This document shows positions 11,448-23,562 of a stretch of 64,000 bases of DNA, piece by piece. How positions within the stretch are numbered: the stretch's first letter is position 1; each line of letters starts with the position of its first letter. The stretch spans positions 19,511,254 to 19,575,253 of the forward strand of contig NC_068985.1 in the NCBI RefSeq assembly GCF_001194135.2, written 5' to 3'. Position numbers and translations under genes: made by a program. This DNA is from Octopus bimaculoides (lineage: Eukaryota). The notes below the pieces were generated by a model. The model did not search any database and had not been told where the DNA came from. It saw only the letters and a program-made list of their open reading frames with translations.

Positions 11448-12984
11448 ATTACTACTACTACTACTACTACTACTAACAACAACAACAACAACAATAGCTA
11501 AAAAGTGAATGTAAATTACATATTTAAAATGAATATAGCCCCATAATTAATGGGACAGTTTGAACTATCTCAACAAGTAATTTTTTTGTCAGTTGAGACC
11601 TGTTTGATTTATTGTAATTCAAGTGAGTTTGCTGGGGCAGAATTTCTGAGGCTGGATGCCCTTCCTGTTACCAATTTGCTCTTGTTTCCAAGTGGAATAA
11701 TAATCTCCTAATCTATTAAACAACAAATAGTCAGGACACGTTTCATATGGAAAACTCAAAACAAAGGACACCACCAGGAAATCATTGTTTATAAACTAGC
11801 AAAAGAGAGGGAAACATAATCTCATGCAAAAAGAAATATGCACACAGACATGGATATATATCCCCATTCTAGAAGTTGATTAAAAACAAATTTCCTACAT
11901 AGAACCCATCCCTAGACAGCACAGAAATAGCAACAGAAACAGAAATGTAACATGGTTTATAGATCCATAAAAAATTGATGTAGCTTCCTCTGTTCACACA
12001 CAGAGTCTGCAGCAAACATGTAACATAAAAATTCAACATATTTTCAGTTTTCCCAGTTGTATCTAATGAATGCCTTTGTATCTGTCAGCCTGTCTGTTTG
12101 TTTCTCTTTCTCTCTCTCTCTCAATGTGTAAAGTAAGTGATTGCTAAAAATAGCAGCCAAATCTCACTCAAGTCATATGCACTACAGCCTATAAAAAGGA
12201 AACCCGTATTGTATAATATAGTCCTGATATGCACAAAGACAAGATAGTCACAGCTGTACTTGTAAAGATCAAACCTAACTTGGGGTTTGACAACAACAGA
12301 GCCTGTGAGCAATTGTTTGAGCTACTAGACATAGCAATCAAATCTCCCTCAAATCGCAAACCTTTCAGTCTTAAAAAAGAAAGGGATATACTGAACAAAT
12401 AGACCAAAAGACAGGATGGTCATGGCAGAAACACCATTTTATCATAAATCTGCTCAATCAGAACTAACTTAGATTTAAACATAAACAACTAAATGAACCT
12501 CTCTGTAGTAACTGATGGCAGAGTCTCGGAGTAGTCATTTAAACTGCTAGAAATAGCAACCAATCCTCCTTCAAATTACAAACCCTACTAAATGTAAAGA
12601 TTACATAGGACAAACAAAACTAATACTAGAAAGTGTATACTGTTTATATTAGTTGGATTGGTGTCATCTTGACTGTTGCATAGCATAGTAGATAAGGACC
12701 TTCGTTAATGCAGTGCAGTCACCTTGAGGTTCTGAGTTCAATCCTAGGCAAGGTACTCACAAAAAAAAAAAAAAGTCACAAAACACAGAGAGCAAAATGA
12801 GAACAGTGTACTCCCGTGGATTAAATAAAGGGTTAGGGTCGAAATTCTGATAAAACAACCAAGTTCAACATGAGACACCTGAAAAGGACTGGAACATACA
12901 ACAGCCAAAACGCAATGAAAGCAAGAATCAAGATGAGGACACTGGTCTAATATAAATAGTATGTCACGCAACTGCTACCCATCA

Positions 12985-13140
12985 TGGTGGCATGTAAAAG
13001 CACCCGTTACGCTTTCACATTAGGAAAGGCAGAGCCATAGAAACCATGCCAAATCAGACTGTAGTCTGGTGCAGCCCCCTCAGCTTACCAGCCATAATCA
13101 AATCATCCAACCCATGTCAGTATGGACAACAGACATTAAG

Positions 13141-13172
<32 letters not shown>
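12985..13172 (+). mobile_element. Family-C SINE with (ATG)n tail
   Basis: TAGGAAAGGCA..GCCATAGAAACCATGCCAAATCAGA...CCAACCCATGTCAGTATGGACAACAGACATTAAG then (TGA)n. Confidence 0.8.
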
Positions 13173-14115
13173 TAATATGCATTTCTCATCTCAGAAATAT
13201 AGAACTGTAATGCCTGAGAGATTTCACTAAGTGAACATTTAGCCATATATGTATCAAACAAAACAAATCAACAAAATTCCAAGTCTTCCTACTTCACTTT
13301 TTTCCTTTCAAAACCAAAAGTCAAATAATAAAAGAAAATATGTTTATAAAAAATATATGCCCATAAGTTATATCAATTTACATTCACAAACAACTAAAAC
13401 ACTGAGACAATGAACTACTGTTGCTCGCTCTCTCACATGGACAACCATATACACATATACACATATATATGCAGATACATACTGTACTGTTACATATAAG
13501 CAAGTAATCTATTTCTGTATGTTCAACTAATCTGACGACTAGTTGTACATGTTGTTGCATGATGTATGCACTGGACTAATGCCACATTAAATTCAGTTGC
13601 AATTATCATTCATGACCGTAATATGCAGACATCGCAGAAAACTAACTTGATTGAATTAACTATATTATATAAACATACACACACACACACACATGTGCAC
13701 ATACATGCACACACACACACACAAATGCACTATCTTTCTCTCCATCTCCCTCTTACATTCTCATTCACATCCATACAACTACATACATATAGAACCAAAA
13801 ACTGAGTGATAGACAAACCAACCTGTAACAGATCTTGAGTAAAGTGGGCATAATACAGTTCTATATTTAAGAGATGAGGAATTATTTACATTATTTACAT
13901 TTGGAGAGTATATCAGCTGAAACGTTGTGTTAACAACAAAGATGAGAAAAAATATCTGTCAAATGTAAATAATGTAAATAGTGTAGAGTGGGCATGTCAT
14001 TCAAGAGATCACCGATAGCAATGGAAAGACATTGACAAACATAACTGACTGAATGATTAATCAAACAACTGATCAGTTAATTAGTTAAACAGTTAACCAA
14101 TGGGTAAATAGTAAA

Positions 14116-14529
14116 GAAGTGCCGAGAGCAAAGGCAACCGCAGTATCATCTTCACCAACCTCACAAAGGCTTTTGACCTCGTCAGTAGAGATGGACTGTT
14201 CAAAATCCTTGTCAAGATTGGCTGTCCTCCAAGACTCCTCAGGATTGTCGAATCATTTCAGGTGGACATAAAAGGCATCGTTCAATTTGATGGCTCTTCT
14301 TTGGAAGCATTCAACATACGAAGCAGCATGAAGCAGGGCTACATGCTTGCTACTACACTGTTTGGCATCTTCTTTGCAGTCATGCTGAAACATGCATTTG
14401 GGATATCAACTGATGGTGTTTACCTTCACACCAGATCAGACAGTAAACTGTTTAGTCTGCTGAGGCTGAAAGCAAAATCCAGGGTGCACAAGGTACTCAT
14501 CAGAGAAATGTTGTTTGCAAATGACGCAG
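14116..14529 (+). mobile_element. RTE-BovB-like LINE reverse-transcriptase fragment
   Basis: KCREQRQP/IFTNLTKAFDLVSRDGLFKILVKIGCPPRLLRIVESF...SSMKQGYMLATTLFGIFFAVMLKHAF...RSDSKLFSLLRLKAK...IREMLFANDA. This matches RTE/BovB RT domains, with the catalytic ADD changed to AND. Confidence 0.9.
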
Positions 14530-14835
14530 ATGTTAGAGGTGGTGTGAGTGCAGAAATTGTCTGATGGCCATTACTGGGTTCTCCTGCTTGTGTAGCATGG
14601 TGCAGAGTCCTGTTCCCAGACATAGGGTCTTCCAGCAACCACCCTCTTGACCCAAAGCAGCACTACCTCCTTCAGGCACTTGATGTAGGCCTCCGTGTTG
14701 AGTCTGAGGCCATGTGGGAAGATGAATGGAGGCATAACATCACTATCTCCAGTGAACACTCCAAACACCATGGTGTTGACTGGATGTTTGATCTTTATCA
14801 TTCTCGGTACATGTCCTCAGATTGCAATGTTATAA
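14530..14835 (-). mobile_element. Tc1/mariner-superfamily (maT, DD37D-like) transposase fragment
   Basis: KHPVNTMVFGVFTGDSDVMPPFIFPHGLRLNTEAYIKCLKEVVLLWVKRVVAGRPYVWEQDSAPCYTSRRTQ*WPSDNF. The QDSAPxH second-aspartate motif is recognisable. Confidence 0.85.
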
Positions 14836-15054
14836 CATTCTGAAATGTTAGTATTGGAGCTTCTGGCACAAATGCCAAGCAGCACAGCATGTCATTACCA
14901 AATTTCTGGCAGAGTGAATTGCACCATGGTGCTGTTTTTGTCACAGACAGTGCCCGACTGATCCTATTAAGGTCAACAAAATCAAAAACAAACAATGCAC
15001 ATGCACAAAATTAAAAATATAAAATGGTGACAATTCACCCATCGCACCCTGTAT

Positions 15055-15059
15055 GTGTA

Positions 15060-15106
<47 letters not shown>

Positions 15107-15171
15107 AGAAAGAGGGAGAGAGAAAGAGAGGGAGGGAGGGGGAGAGAGAGAGAAAGAGAAGGAGGGAGAGA

Positions 15172-15215
<44 letters not shown>
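15055..15215. repeat. Compound (TG)n-(TA)n-(GA)n microsatellite
   Basis: Seen directly; it generates the YIYI/ERER/SLSL ORFs in the track. Confidence 0.95.
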
Positions 15216-15217
<2 letters not shown>

Positions 15218-15399
15218 TGTACACGTACAAACAGACGCACATACACACAACTTTATGATTTCATGCTCAAACTTGAGATATATCATATACATAAATATAT
15301 ATATATAGAGAGAGAGACCATGGAGTTAAACATGCCAAAAAATTGGACACAAACACACTAAGGACAACAAAACACAACACCACACCTCACTTTAAATCA

Positions 15400-15790
15400 T
15401 ACCCTTACATATCAACCCACAACCCCAGAAACAACGAAGCTTAGAAGACAATTGTACAAAATCTCCCTCTGCTCACTCAAGACCCGAAAATGAACAACAT
15501 TCTGAATACACATAAACTCCTCAAATGCAAAAGACAACACAAATCACTTAAGAGACTCCTAACAAATGCAAAACTACTCAATACATATGACACCAACAGT
15601 TAAAAAATGCAGATGACCTAATTGTGATACATGCCCAAACCTCACTGAAGGCTCGGAATTCACATTCTAGCAAGGAGAAAATTTTTTAATTAAAACCAAC
15701 TTCACATGTGCCTCTCAGAACCTAATTTATTTCCTAACCTGCTCAGGTTGTGGCCAACAATTATGTGGGCAAAACGAGCCTTACTTTGAG
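15400..15790 (+). mobile_element. Penelope-like element, linker plus GIY-YIG endonuclease fragment
   Basis: PYISTHNPRN...KRQHKSLKRLLTNAK...KKCR*PNCDTCPNL...NFTCASQNLIYFLTCSGCGQ/YVGKTSLTLR. Confidence 0.8.
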
Positions 15791-15842
15791 ATGCCCCTAT
15801 GCTCCTTGCTGTTTCGCCTACATATGTCATTGTCTTATTTCT
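15790..15842 (-). mobile_element. Second GIY-YIG fragment on the opposite strand
   Basis: RNKTMTYVGETARSIG emerging from the gap; YVGET at 15810-15824. Confidence 0.55.
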
Positions 15843-16314
15843 NNNNNNNNNNNNNNNNNNNNNNNNNNNNNNNNNNNNNNNNNNNNNNNNNNNNNNNNNN
15901 NNNNNNNNNNNNNNNNNNNNNNNNNNNNNNNNNNNNNNNNNNATATATATATATATATATCTGTGTATATATATATAAATAAAAGAGAACTCACTCATAT
16001 TAACATAGCTACTTTCTACCATCACCACTGCCACTACAACCATCCCATAGCGTTTATGAGTCTAGAAACTTCATCTGCAACATTTCAGAAAGACCTCCAA
16101 TCTTTCTGTAGATAAAGTAATATTTGATAAGGCAACTCCTCCAACAGACTCATTAGCCAGTGGATTCATAGCAAAAATTATGCACACTGCATTCACACAC
16201 AACTGAAAAATTGGACACTAATATTTTTGGTTCACACATTCCTTATCATTCAATGGAAAATCTAATAATGCATAAGTGTTCTTTAATTTAATAGTCAAAC
16301 ATTTCTCACTTGAC

Positions 16315-16660
16315 CATCATCATCATCATCGTTTAACGTCTGCTTTCCATGCTAGCATGGGTTGGACGATTTGACTGAGGACTGGTGAACCAGGTGGCTA
16401 CACCAGGCTCCAATCTGATTTGGCAGACTTTCTACAGCTGGATGCCCTTCCTGACGCCAACCACTCCGAAAGTGTAGTGGGTGCTTTTACGTGCCACAGG
16501 CACAAAGGCCAGTCAGGCAGTACTGGCAACAGCCACACTCGAAATGGTGTCTTTTACGTGCCACCTTCACAGGAGCCAGTCCAGCAGCACTGTCAACGAT
16601 CTCGCTCGAATGTCTTTACATGTGCCACCGGCACAAGTGCCAGGGCACAGGTCTCATCAC
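16315..16660 (-). mobile_element. Family-C SINE with internal tandem hairpin units, CpG-retaining (young)
   Basis: (CAT)n-CGTTTAACGTCTGCTTTCCATGCTAGCATGGGTTGG...CAGCTGGATGCCCTTCCT...3x TTTTACGTGCCAC. Confidence 0.9.
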
Positions 16661-16779
16661 GATAGAAAACTTTTTAACAGACAAAATCTTCACATGAACT
16701 TATAGTTGCACCAAAACCTTCATATTAACTATAGTTGCACCATAAACATAATATTCTACATACCCACCTACAAAACCAA

Positions 16780-17210
16780 AGAACAACGCTCATGCAGAAA
16801 CCAAAATACATGCCTATGATACAATTCTTGAATTGTAAATGTAATAATTTATGGGTCAGAGAACATGTCTATATAGAAGTCAACTAAGTAGGAACACATA
16901 AATGTTACACAAGCTGACAGAAGAAAAATTTAAGTAAAGATTTCTTAGTCATGCATTTCCTTTTTAACATAGATAAAAAGAACATAATAAAAATGGCCAC
17001 TTACATCTAGAAATTAAAACAGGAAAAAAAAACCTTCAGACAAAATATTAAATGGAAAATCCTGGAAAAATTCAAACCCTACTTAACTGGAACTAAAAGG
17101 TGTGCACAACAAAAAAGGAAAACGTTCCAAAACTTTTCTATCGTAGACCTCTAATTAAACACAAGAGAAGAGATATCTAGGAAATGCAGACTCTTTGAAA
17201 AGCACCAAAA
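16780..17210 (+). mobile_element. Penelope-like GIY-YIG C-terminal region, decayed
   Basis: CRNQNTCL...VIIY...ATYI*KLK...IKWKILEKFKPYLTGTKRC...LNTREEISRKCR. This is the typical PLE endonuclease end WxILxxxxPY...C...LNxRxExxxKCRH. Confidence 0.75.
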
Positions 17211-17658
17211 CAATTAGGAAACACCACCTTCACCTAACTACAAATACACACATGTACAAACAACAGATATTTATTTTACCTTATACTTTTATTCTTCTTT
17301 CTTTTTCTAGTTTTCCCCTTCCTATTATTAACCTTTTCTTGCTTTATATTTACTCTTCTTTCTCCTAATATTCTCACTCCCATTATCAGAGGTCAACTTC
17401 CCTTGATCCCCTTTGACATTTTTGCCTCCTCTCAACTTCAAATATTTTGTTTTTTGCATTTTTGGTCTTTTTTCCCTAGCATTAAGAGAAAATTAACATA
17501 AAATACCTTTGGGGTTGAGTTATTCACTTTTACAAAAGCAGAAGATAAACAGGGCTTCAAAAATGACTGTGACCATAAAATCAGTGGTAGCCCATGCTAC
17601 TCATGATACTTTATATGTATGTGTGTGTGTGTTTATGGACATACAAGCATGTATGTGC

Positions 17659-17690
<32 letters not shown>

Positions 17691-17822
17691 NNNNNNNNNN
17701 NNNNNNNNNNNNNNNNNNNNNNNNNNNNNNNNNNNNNNNNNNNNNNNNNNNNNNNNNNNNNNNNNNNNNNNNNNNNNNNNNNNNNNNNNNNNNNNNNNNN
17801 NNNNNNNNNNNNNNNNNNNNNN

Positions 17823-17985
17823 NGTCTTTACATTCTGAGCTCAAATTCCACCGAGGTTGACTTTACCTTTCATCTTTTCAAAGTTAATGAAAACAAGTAC
17901 CAGTTGAACACTGGGTTTCATGTAATCAACTATCTCCCCACCGTCTGAAACGGCTGTCTTGTGCCAAAATTCGAAACCATTATTA
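17823..17985 (+). mobile_element. Family-B SINE
   Basis: TTCTGAGCTCAAATTCCACCGAGGTTGACTTTACCTTTCATCTTTTC...GTACCAGTTGAACACTGGG...GTGCCAAAATTCGAAACC. Confidence 0.85.
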
Positions 17986-18930
17986 AACAGAAATAGAGAA
18001 TGATTGTGACTGCAGGGTTTCACCAACAACAGTTTATAAGTAAAGGACTACATTAAAAGAAAGCAAACCAAAATATATAAAATAAATTCAAGTTTGTAAA
18101 CTTTTAAAATTTCACAGAACAGAAAGAAAATGCCAGTAATTTGTATAATAACGATAGATGCAAAGTAACATATTTACAGTAGTGCCTCTAATGTTCTTCA
18201 TATCCAAGTTATATAAGAGCAGAACATTTATCTGAGTTATATCTTATACACTATACAAAGCAAAGAGATAGTGAGTTGCAATGTGAATATAAATTTAAAA
18301 TAAGTATTTGAGACAATCTAAAGATCTGTATAATTTACTGATAGCATTTCTCAGAAAAACGCCCAGATATTTTAGTTAGTTAGGAATATCTTAAACCATT
18401 ACATGTTGATATCAAAATAATGAATCAAACATTGACTTCTTAAAAGGAATAGTGGAGTTTCTAGCAATACAATTGAATGAGTATTAAGGATAGGAAAACA
18501 ACAAAGTAGTAGAGCTGTAAGGGATCACCACAAAATGTTGATAATATAAGGTGAAATAGAATATATGCTAGTTACTCACATAATCAAACAAGTAGTACAG
18601 GGAAGCATTATATTCCAGGGGCTGGCATAGTAGTCTCATTATAATACTCTTCAAAGGAACAACTAAACAGCTATCAAAATGATGGGTTAAGTTATGAGAG
18701 TATCAGAAAGATTTCATGCAATTAATCAAGAAGAGTGTCTCAGTAAGAAAATGGTACTGATGGTTCTCCATTTTCTACCAGAAAGGAGAACTATCAGTTT
18801 CCTCTTCTTACAGAGACACAATCAGAAAACAAAAGCTAGCACACTAAGCATGCTGTAACCTGAAGAAAGCTTTGTTAGGGTATCATGTTCTGTATAATTT
18901 TTAAAAAAACTTAGCTAAGACAAATAAGTC

Positions 18931-19130
18931 AGAGTGGTCAGTGGTATGTACATGAACAACATGGGCAAATACAGGTATATCAAATACCATACAACATAAA
19001 TTCTTGACTTATTAAAAATAATCTCTGCCTTTCCCAAATATAGCATAATTATCAAATTTGAGAAGGAGAGCTAACCTCAAGATTTAAGAATTCTCCAAAG
19101 TTGACAAGTCATTAAGGAAAAGGGCAGGCT
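18931..19130. repeat. Unclassified dispersed repeat, copy 1 (copy 2 at 33721-33925)
   Basis: AGAGTGG.CAG.GG.ATGTA.ATGAACAACA..GGCAAATACAGGT.TATCAAATACCATACAA.ATAAATTC.TGA.TTATTAAAA is shared by both copies. Confidence 0.75.
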
Positions 19131-19149
19131 TATTGTTTGGAGGTAAGAG

Positions 19150-20235
19150 AACAGTTGTGAAAATTTGCTTCTATGTCTGTAGTTTGGTGTTCCTGAACTT
19201 AATAGGGTGTAAATGACTAGCTTGTGAGAAGGATGTCGTCAACAAAGTGAGAGGTAGCAATTAGTTCAGTAAGGAATTTAGTATATAGATAGGTGTCTAT
19301 CAGGGTTTAATGCTCAACCCCTTCCTATATATCATTTCCACAGGCCAACATAACAAAAGAGTTTAAGGCCAATTGTCCATGGCAACTCCTGTATGCTGTT
19401 GAACTAGTTATCATTGCTGAATCAGATGAGGAATTAGAGGAAAAGTTCCAAATATGGAAATAAAACATAGAATTAAGAGATCTAAAAGTAAACAGTACAA
19501 CAACAATCCTAGCATGGCTTGTTTAACAACTGGAAAGTTGCCATGTTAGGATATGCAGAAAAAGATCAAACAGGAATTCTACAGTAGCTAACCAATGTAT
19601 ATTATGGGTGCATAAAAAATGCAATGGATCTCAAGCAAGATGATGGAAAAGGACTTCATATATAAGGGCAAACTAGAAATGAATGCTTTCAATTTCCCAA
19701 AAGGCTTACTATATTTCGGCAACTTAATGAACAATGAAAGTGGTAAAAGTTCAGAGAACTTATTTCTTTTGGCAACAAATGGTTTCTCTCTTAGAGTGAA
19801 GGGCATCCTTGCATATGTTTGCACAAAGTGTGATATTGCATGGTAGCAAAAATGGAACCCTGAATGCAGGCTGAAATAAAAATGAGGCAAGCAAATTCCA
19901 CTAGATGAGTAACTTTAGCATGCAGATGAACAGAGAGAAAAGATGGGCATTAGATAAATCAGCTGTAATGTGTAAGAGTGAAAGAATGCAATGATACAGG
20001 TAAATTATGCATATGAAGAATGACAGTGAGATAAAGTGACAAGCAAATTGAAAAGAGCTTATGGAAGAAGACCAAGGAAAATGTAATAAGTAGTGAGGGC
20101 TAATCTTGTGATAATGAACTCCATAAACAAGATAACAAAATAATGTGGAACTGAATAAGTAACAACATGCTGTGCATAGAAAAACAGACATATAATGATG
20201 ATGAAAATGGCAATGACGATGACAATAATGATGGC
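19150..20235 (+). mobile_element. RTE/RTE-X-type LINE, decayed 3' portion with (ATG)n tail
   Basis: IGVYQGLMLNPFLYI...CPWQLLYAVELVIIAESDEELEEKFQIWK...LKVN...LLATNGFSLRVKG, ending in an ATG-rich tail. Confidence 0.75.
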
Positions 20236-20409
20236 TGAGTGAGAAGTATAGACTATAAACCAAAATATGCAACTCAGGTTGAAAGTTTTCTCAAATTCTT
20301 AATGTCAAAACATAATTAATCTCTACACTAGAGCATACCAATCCTTTTGGAAAGCTTTCACAAGTTGTAACATCAATACTTCTACACTAGAATTAAATAA
20401 CAATGTCTG

Positions 20410-21240
20410 TAATAAGCATTATCATTTTACATCTGCTTTCCATGCTAGTATGGGTTGGATCAGTCACCACAATCAGAGTCGGTGCATATTTGAGAGTACT
20501 GCTCAGCTTGACATACTGAAGGACAACACTCTGATCGCATGTTTCTTTTTCAGCTTGGTTTCTATGGATAGATGCCCTTCTTAACATCAACCATTTTACA
20601 GAATATACTGGGCATATTCTTTTCCATGGTGGCAATACTAGAGAAGAGTCATGCCCTTCACAAGGCTTAAGGGTCTTCACACGGAGTGTACTGGATGCAC
20701 TTTTAATGACACCAGCTCTAGAGAGCTAGCCATGTCCCTGAAACAACTAAAGGGGCCTCACAATTCTACATCTCTGCTTGCTTGCGAATCTTATTACAAA
20801 GTGAAGTGAGAGGCAAAAAAGATTGGGGAATGAATGAAGATAAAAAGAGGGATACGTGACAGAGGTACTCAGTATTCAGTATCACCATCCCCATCACCAC
20901 CACCATCATCATCATCATCACCATCATTATCGTTTAATGTCTTAGCTCCATGCTGGCATGGGTTGGACAGTTTGACATGGAGCTGACTAGCAGGGGCTGT
21001 CTGAACTCCAACTCTCTGTTGTGGCATAGTTTCTATGGCTGGATGCCCTTCCTAATGCCAACCAGTGCACTGAATACATTATACATGTCACTGTCTCAGG
21101 TGTGTTTACACAGCACTTGCATGGGTGCATTAATGCAGCCCTCACACAGGCACTTTTTAAGTAGCACCAGCACCTGAAAAGACAAGCCTGTATGTGTGGA
21201 AGACAGCAATTTTACTTAGCTTCGCATATCTTATCAAGTG
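20410..21240 (-). mobile_element. Two family-C SINE copies (about 20410-20700 and 20900-21240)
   Basis: Both carry TTTCCATGCTAG/GGCATGGGTTGGA and GGAT(A/G)GATGCCCTTC(T/C)T. Confidence 0.8.
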
Positions 21241-21744
21241 TAAAAAAATTTTAATGCTGAGCTATGTTCCAGAATACTCAAAGTTAATGTTGAATGAAAA
21301 AGTTGACCCATGAATAAGTCTGCAGTACATTTAACATATTGAATATTATAATTATTTGAATGTAGCAGAACAATATTCAGAAAATAAAGAACATTGTTAA
21401 CCTTATTAACAATAAAATTCCTCAGTGAATTCGAGAATAGTTACATTTCAATTTAGTAAATAATTACTATGGCAATATAATTTTTACTGTCTTACAGCCA
21501 TTATTTTACATTAGCATATGTGACTTCTGCAAATTAATTTAATGAAAACTTCAACCTTTGCAGCTGAACACTCTTTCTATAATCATCTATGAAACCATAA
21601 ATTAGGAGTTGCACCTATTACTGGCTCAATAGAGGAAATGCACAACTCAAAGGCAACTGGAAGTCTTGAGCTGACCATGGTCAGTAATACAAAACCTCAA
21701 CCACAAAATGATTGTGCTTCTTAAAATTAATTAAATAAAAAGCT

Positions 21745-22110
21745 TACTTCCTAACCACAAGGTTCCAGGTTCAATCCCACTGTGTGGCACCTTGGGCAAC
21801 TGTCTTCTACTATAGCCTCAGGCCAACCAAGGCCTCCTGAGTGGATTTGGTAGATGGAAACTGAACGAAACCCATCATATATATATATATGTAACTATGT
21901 ATTTATGTGTCTTTGCCCCCACACTATTGCTTGACACCCAATATTCATGTGTTTATGTCACTGTAACCTAGCAGTTTGGCAAAAGAGACCAATAGAATAA
22001 GTACTAGACTTAAAAAGAATAAGTCCTGGGGTCAATTTCTTCAACTAGAACTCTTTAAGATAGTGCTCCAACATGGCCACAGTCGAATGACTGAAACAAG
22101 TAAAAGAAAC
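21745..22110 (+). mobile_element. Family-A SINE, forward
   Basis: CCACAAGGTTCCAGGTTCAATCCCACTGTGTGGCACCTTGGGCAACTGTCTTCTAC...GACTGAAACAAGTAAAAG. Confidence 0.9.
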
Positions 22111-22432
22111 ATGCACACACACACACATGTTGAAGATGTACTTGCCTGGCAAATGATTTGACCTGAGACGATGTGTTGATACTAAAACAATTACTGCATG
22201 AAAATACATATTAACCATTACAGAACAATGTAAACATTGTAAACTTAAATATTTTTAACTTGATGTTGACAAATAATAAATGTTAAAGTGTAGTAAAGAG
22301 TTTCTGTGAGTTTTTAAGTAACAAATATGTACCTTCCATACTGTAATTGTTTTATATACATACATGTGTGAGTGTGTGTGTCTGTGTGTGTGCACACATG
22401 CATGCATGTACATATACGCACACATCTGTGCA

Positions 22433-22513
<81 letters not shown>

Positions 22514-23463
22514 NNNNNNNNNNNNNNNNNNNNNNNNNNNNNNNNNNNNNNNNNNNNNNNNNNNNNNNNNNNNNNNNNNNNNNNNNNNNNNNNNNNNNNN
22601 NNNNNNNNNNNNNNNNNNNNNNNNNNNNNNNNNNNNNNNNNNNNNNNNNNNNNNNNNNNNNNNNNNNNNNNNNNNNNNNNNNNNNNNNNNNNNNNNNNNN
22701 NNNNNNNNNNNNNNNNNNNNNNNNNNNNNNNNNNNNNNNNNNNNNNNNNNNNNNNNNNNNNNNNNNNNNNNNNNNNNNNNNNNNNNNNNNNNNNNNNNNN
22801 NNNNNNNNNNNNNNNNNNNNNNNNNNNNNNNNNNNNNNNNNNNNNNNNNNNNNNNNNNNNNNNNNNNNNNNNNNNNNNNNNNNNNNNNNNNNNNNNNNNN
22901 NNNNNNNNNNNNNNNNNNTATATTTTTCTATGTATGTATAATATTAATGAGTATTAAAACAACGGTTGTTACGAATGCATGTTTTACAAATTATGCCACA
23001 TAGAAAAATTAGGATTTCAATAGAATTTTGATTATGCTTAAAACTTCACTCCATAATTTCATTAGCAAATGAAACTATTATAAAAAATATGGTGTTTAAA
23101 ATTAATTGCCTCCTAATTGAAATACTGAATAAAGATCTTATACAAAGTTCAAAAATTGTGTTACATAACGATAAAATAACAACTAAAATTTGAATGATGC
23201 TTATATTTATAAAAAAAAAATATAGAATATGCAAGTCAAACATACCCCAACAGAAATAAAAGAAAACAAAAGTTACAACTGAACGAAAAGTAAAAGAAAA
23301 GCAATACAAAAATAGCAAAATAGTAAAGAAAGCTTCTAAAAAGATAAAAAAGAAAAACTGAAATATTACCAAAAAGTAACATTCATAAGTAAGAAGGGAA
23401 AAATATGACATCTCAGTAAAGACAGAAGTTTACAAATATCCAAAATAGTCATTGGCATCTTAC

Positions 23464-23562
23464 CGTCGTCAGCTGACGATGCTTTGCCATGGAGGATGCT
23501 GGCGGAGGAGATATCTTCACCTCTGCCAACACTTCTGATGGCTTCTCTTCTGCAGACATCAT
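23464..23562 (-). CDS. Probable start-codon exon of an unidentified host gene (exon 23464-23625; CDS MMSAEEKPSEVLAEVKISPPPASSMAKHRQLTT)
   Basis: Strong acceptor GTTTTCTTTCCTTTGTTTTTATCAG at 23626, in-frame TAA 6 nt before the ATG, 33 sense codons, phase-0 donor ACG|GTAAGA, and a GC/CpG-rich island in an AT-rich intron. Confidence 0.7.

Noticed and set aside
12189-12209. 21-nt microexon GCSAYDL
   Set aside because: The acceptor-like tract is part of a locally repeated element (12120-12620).
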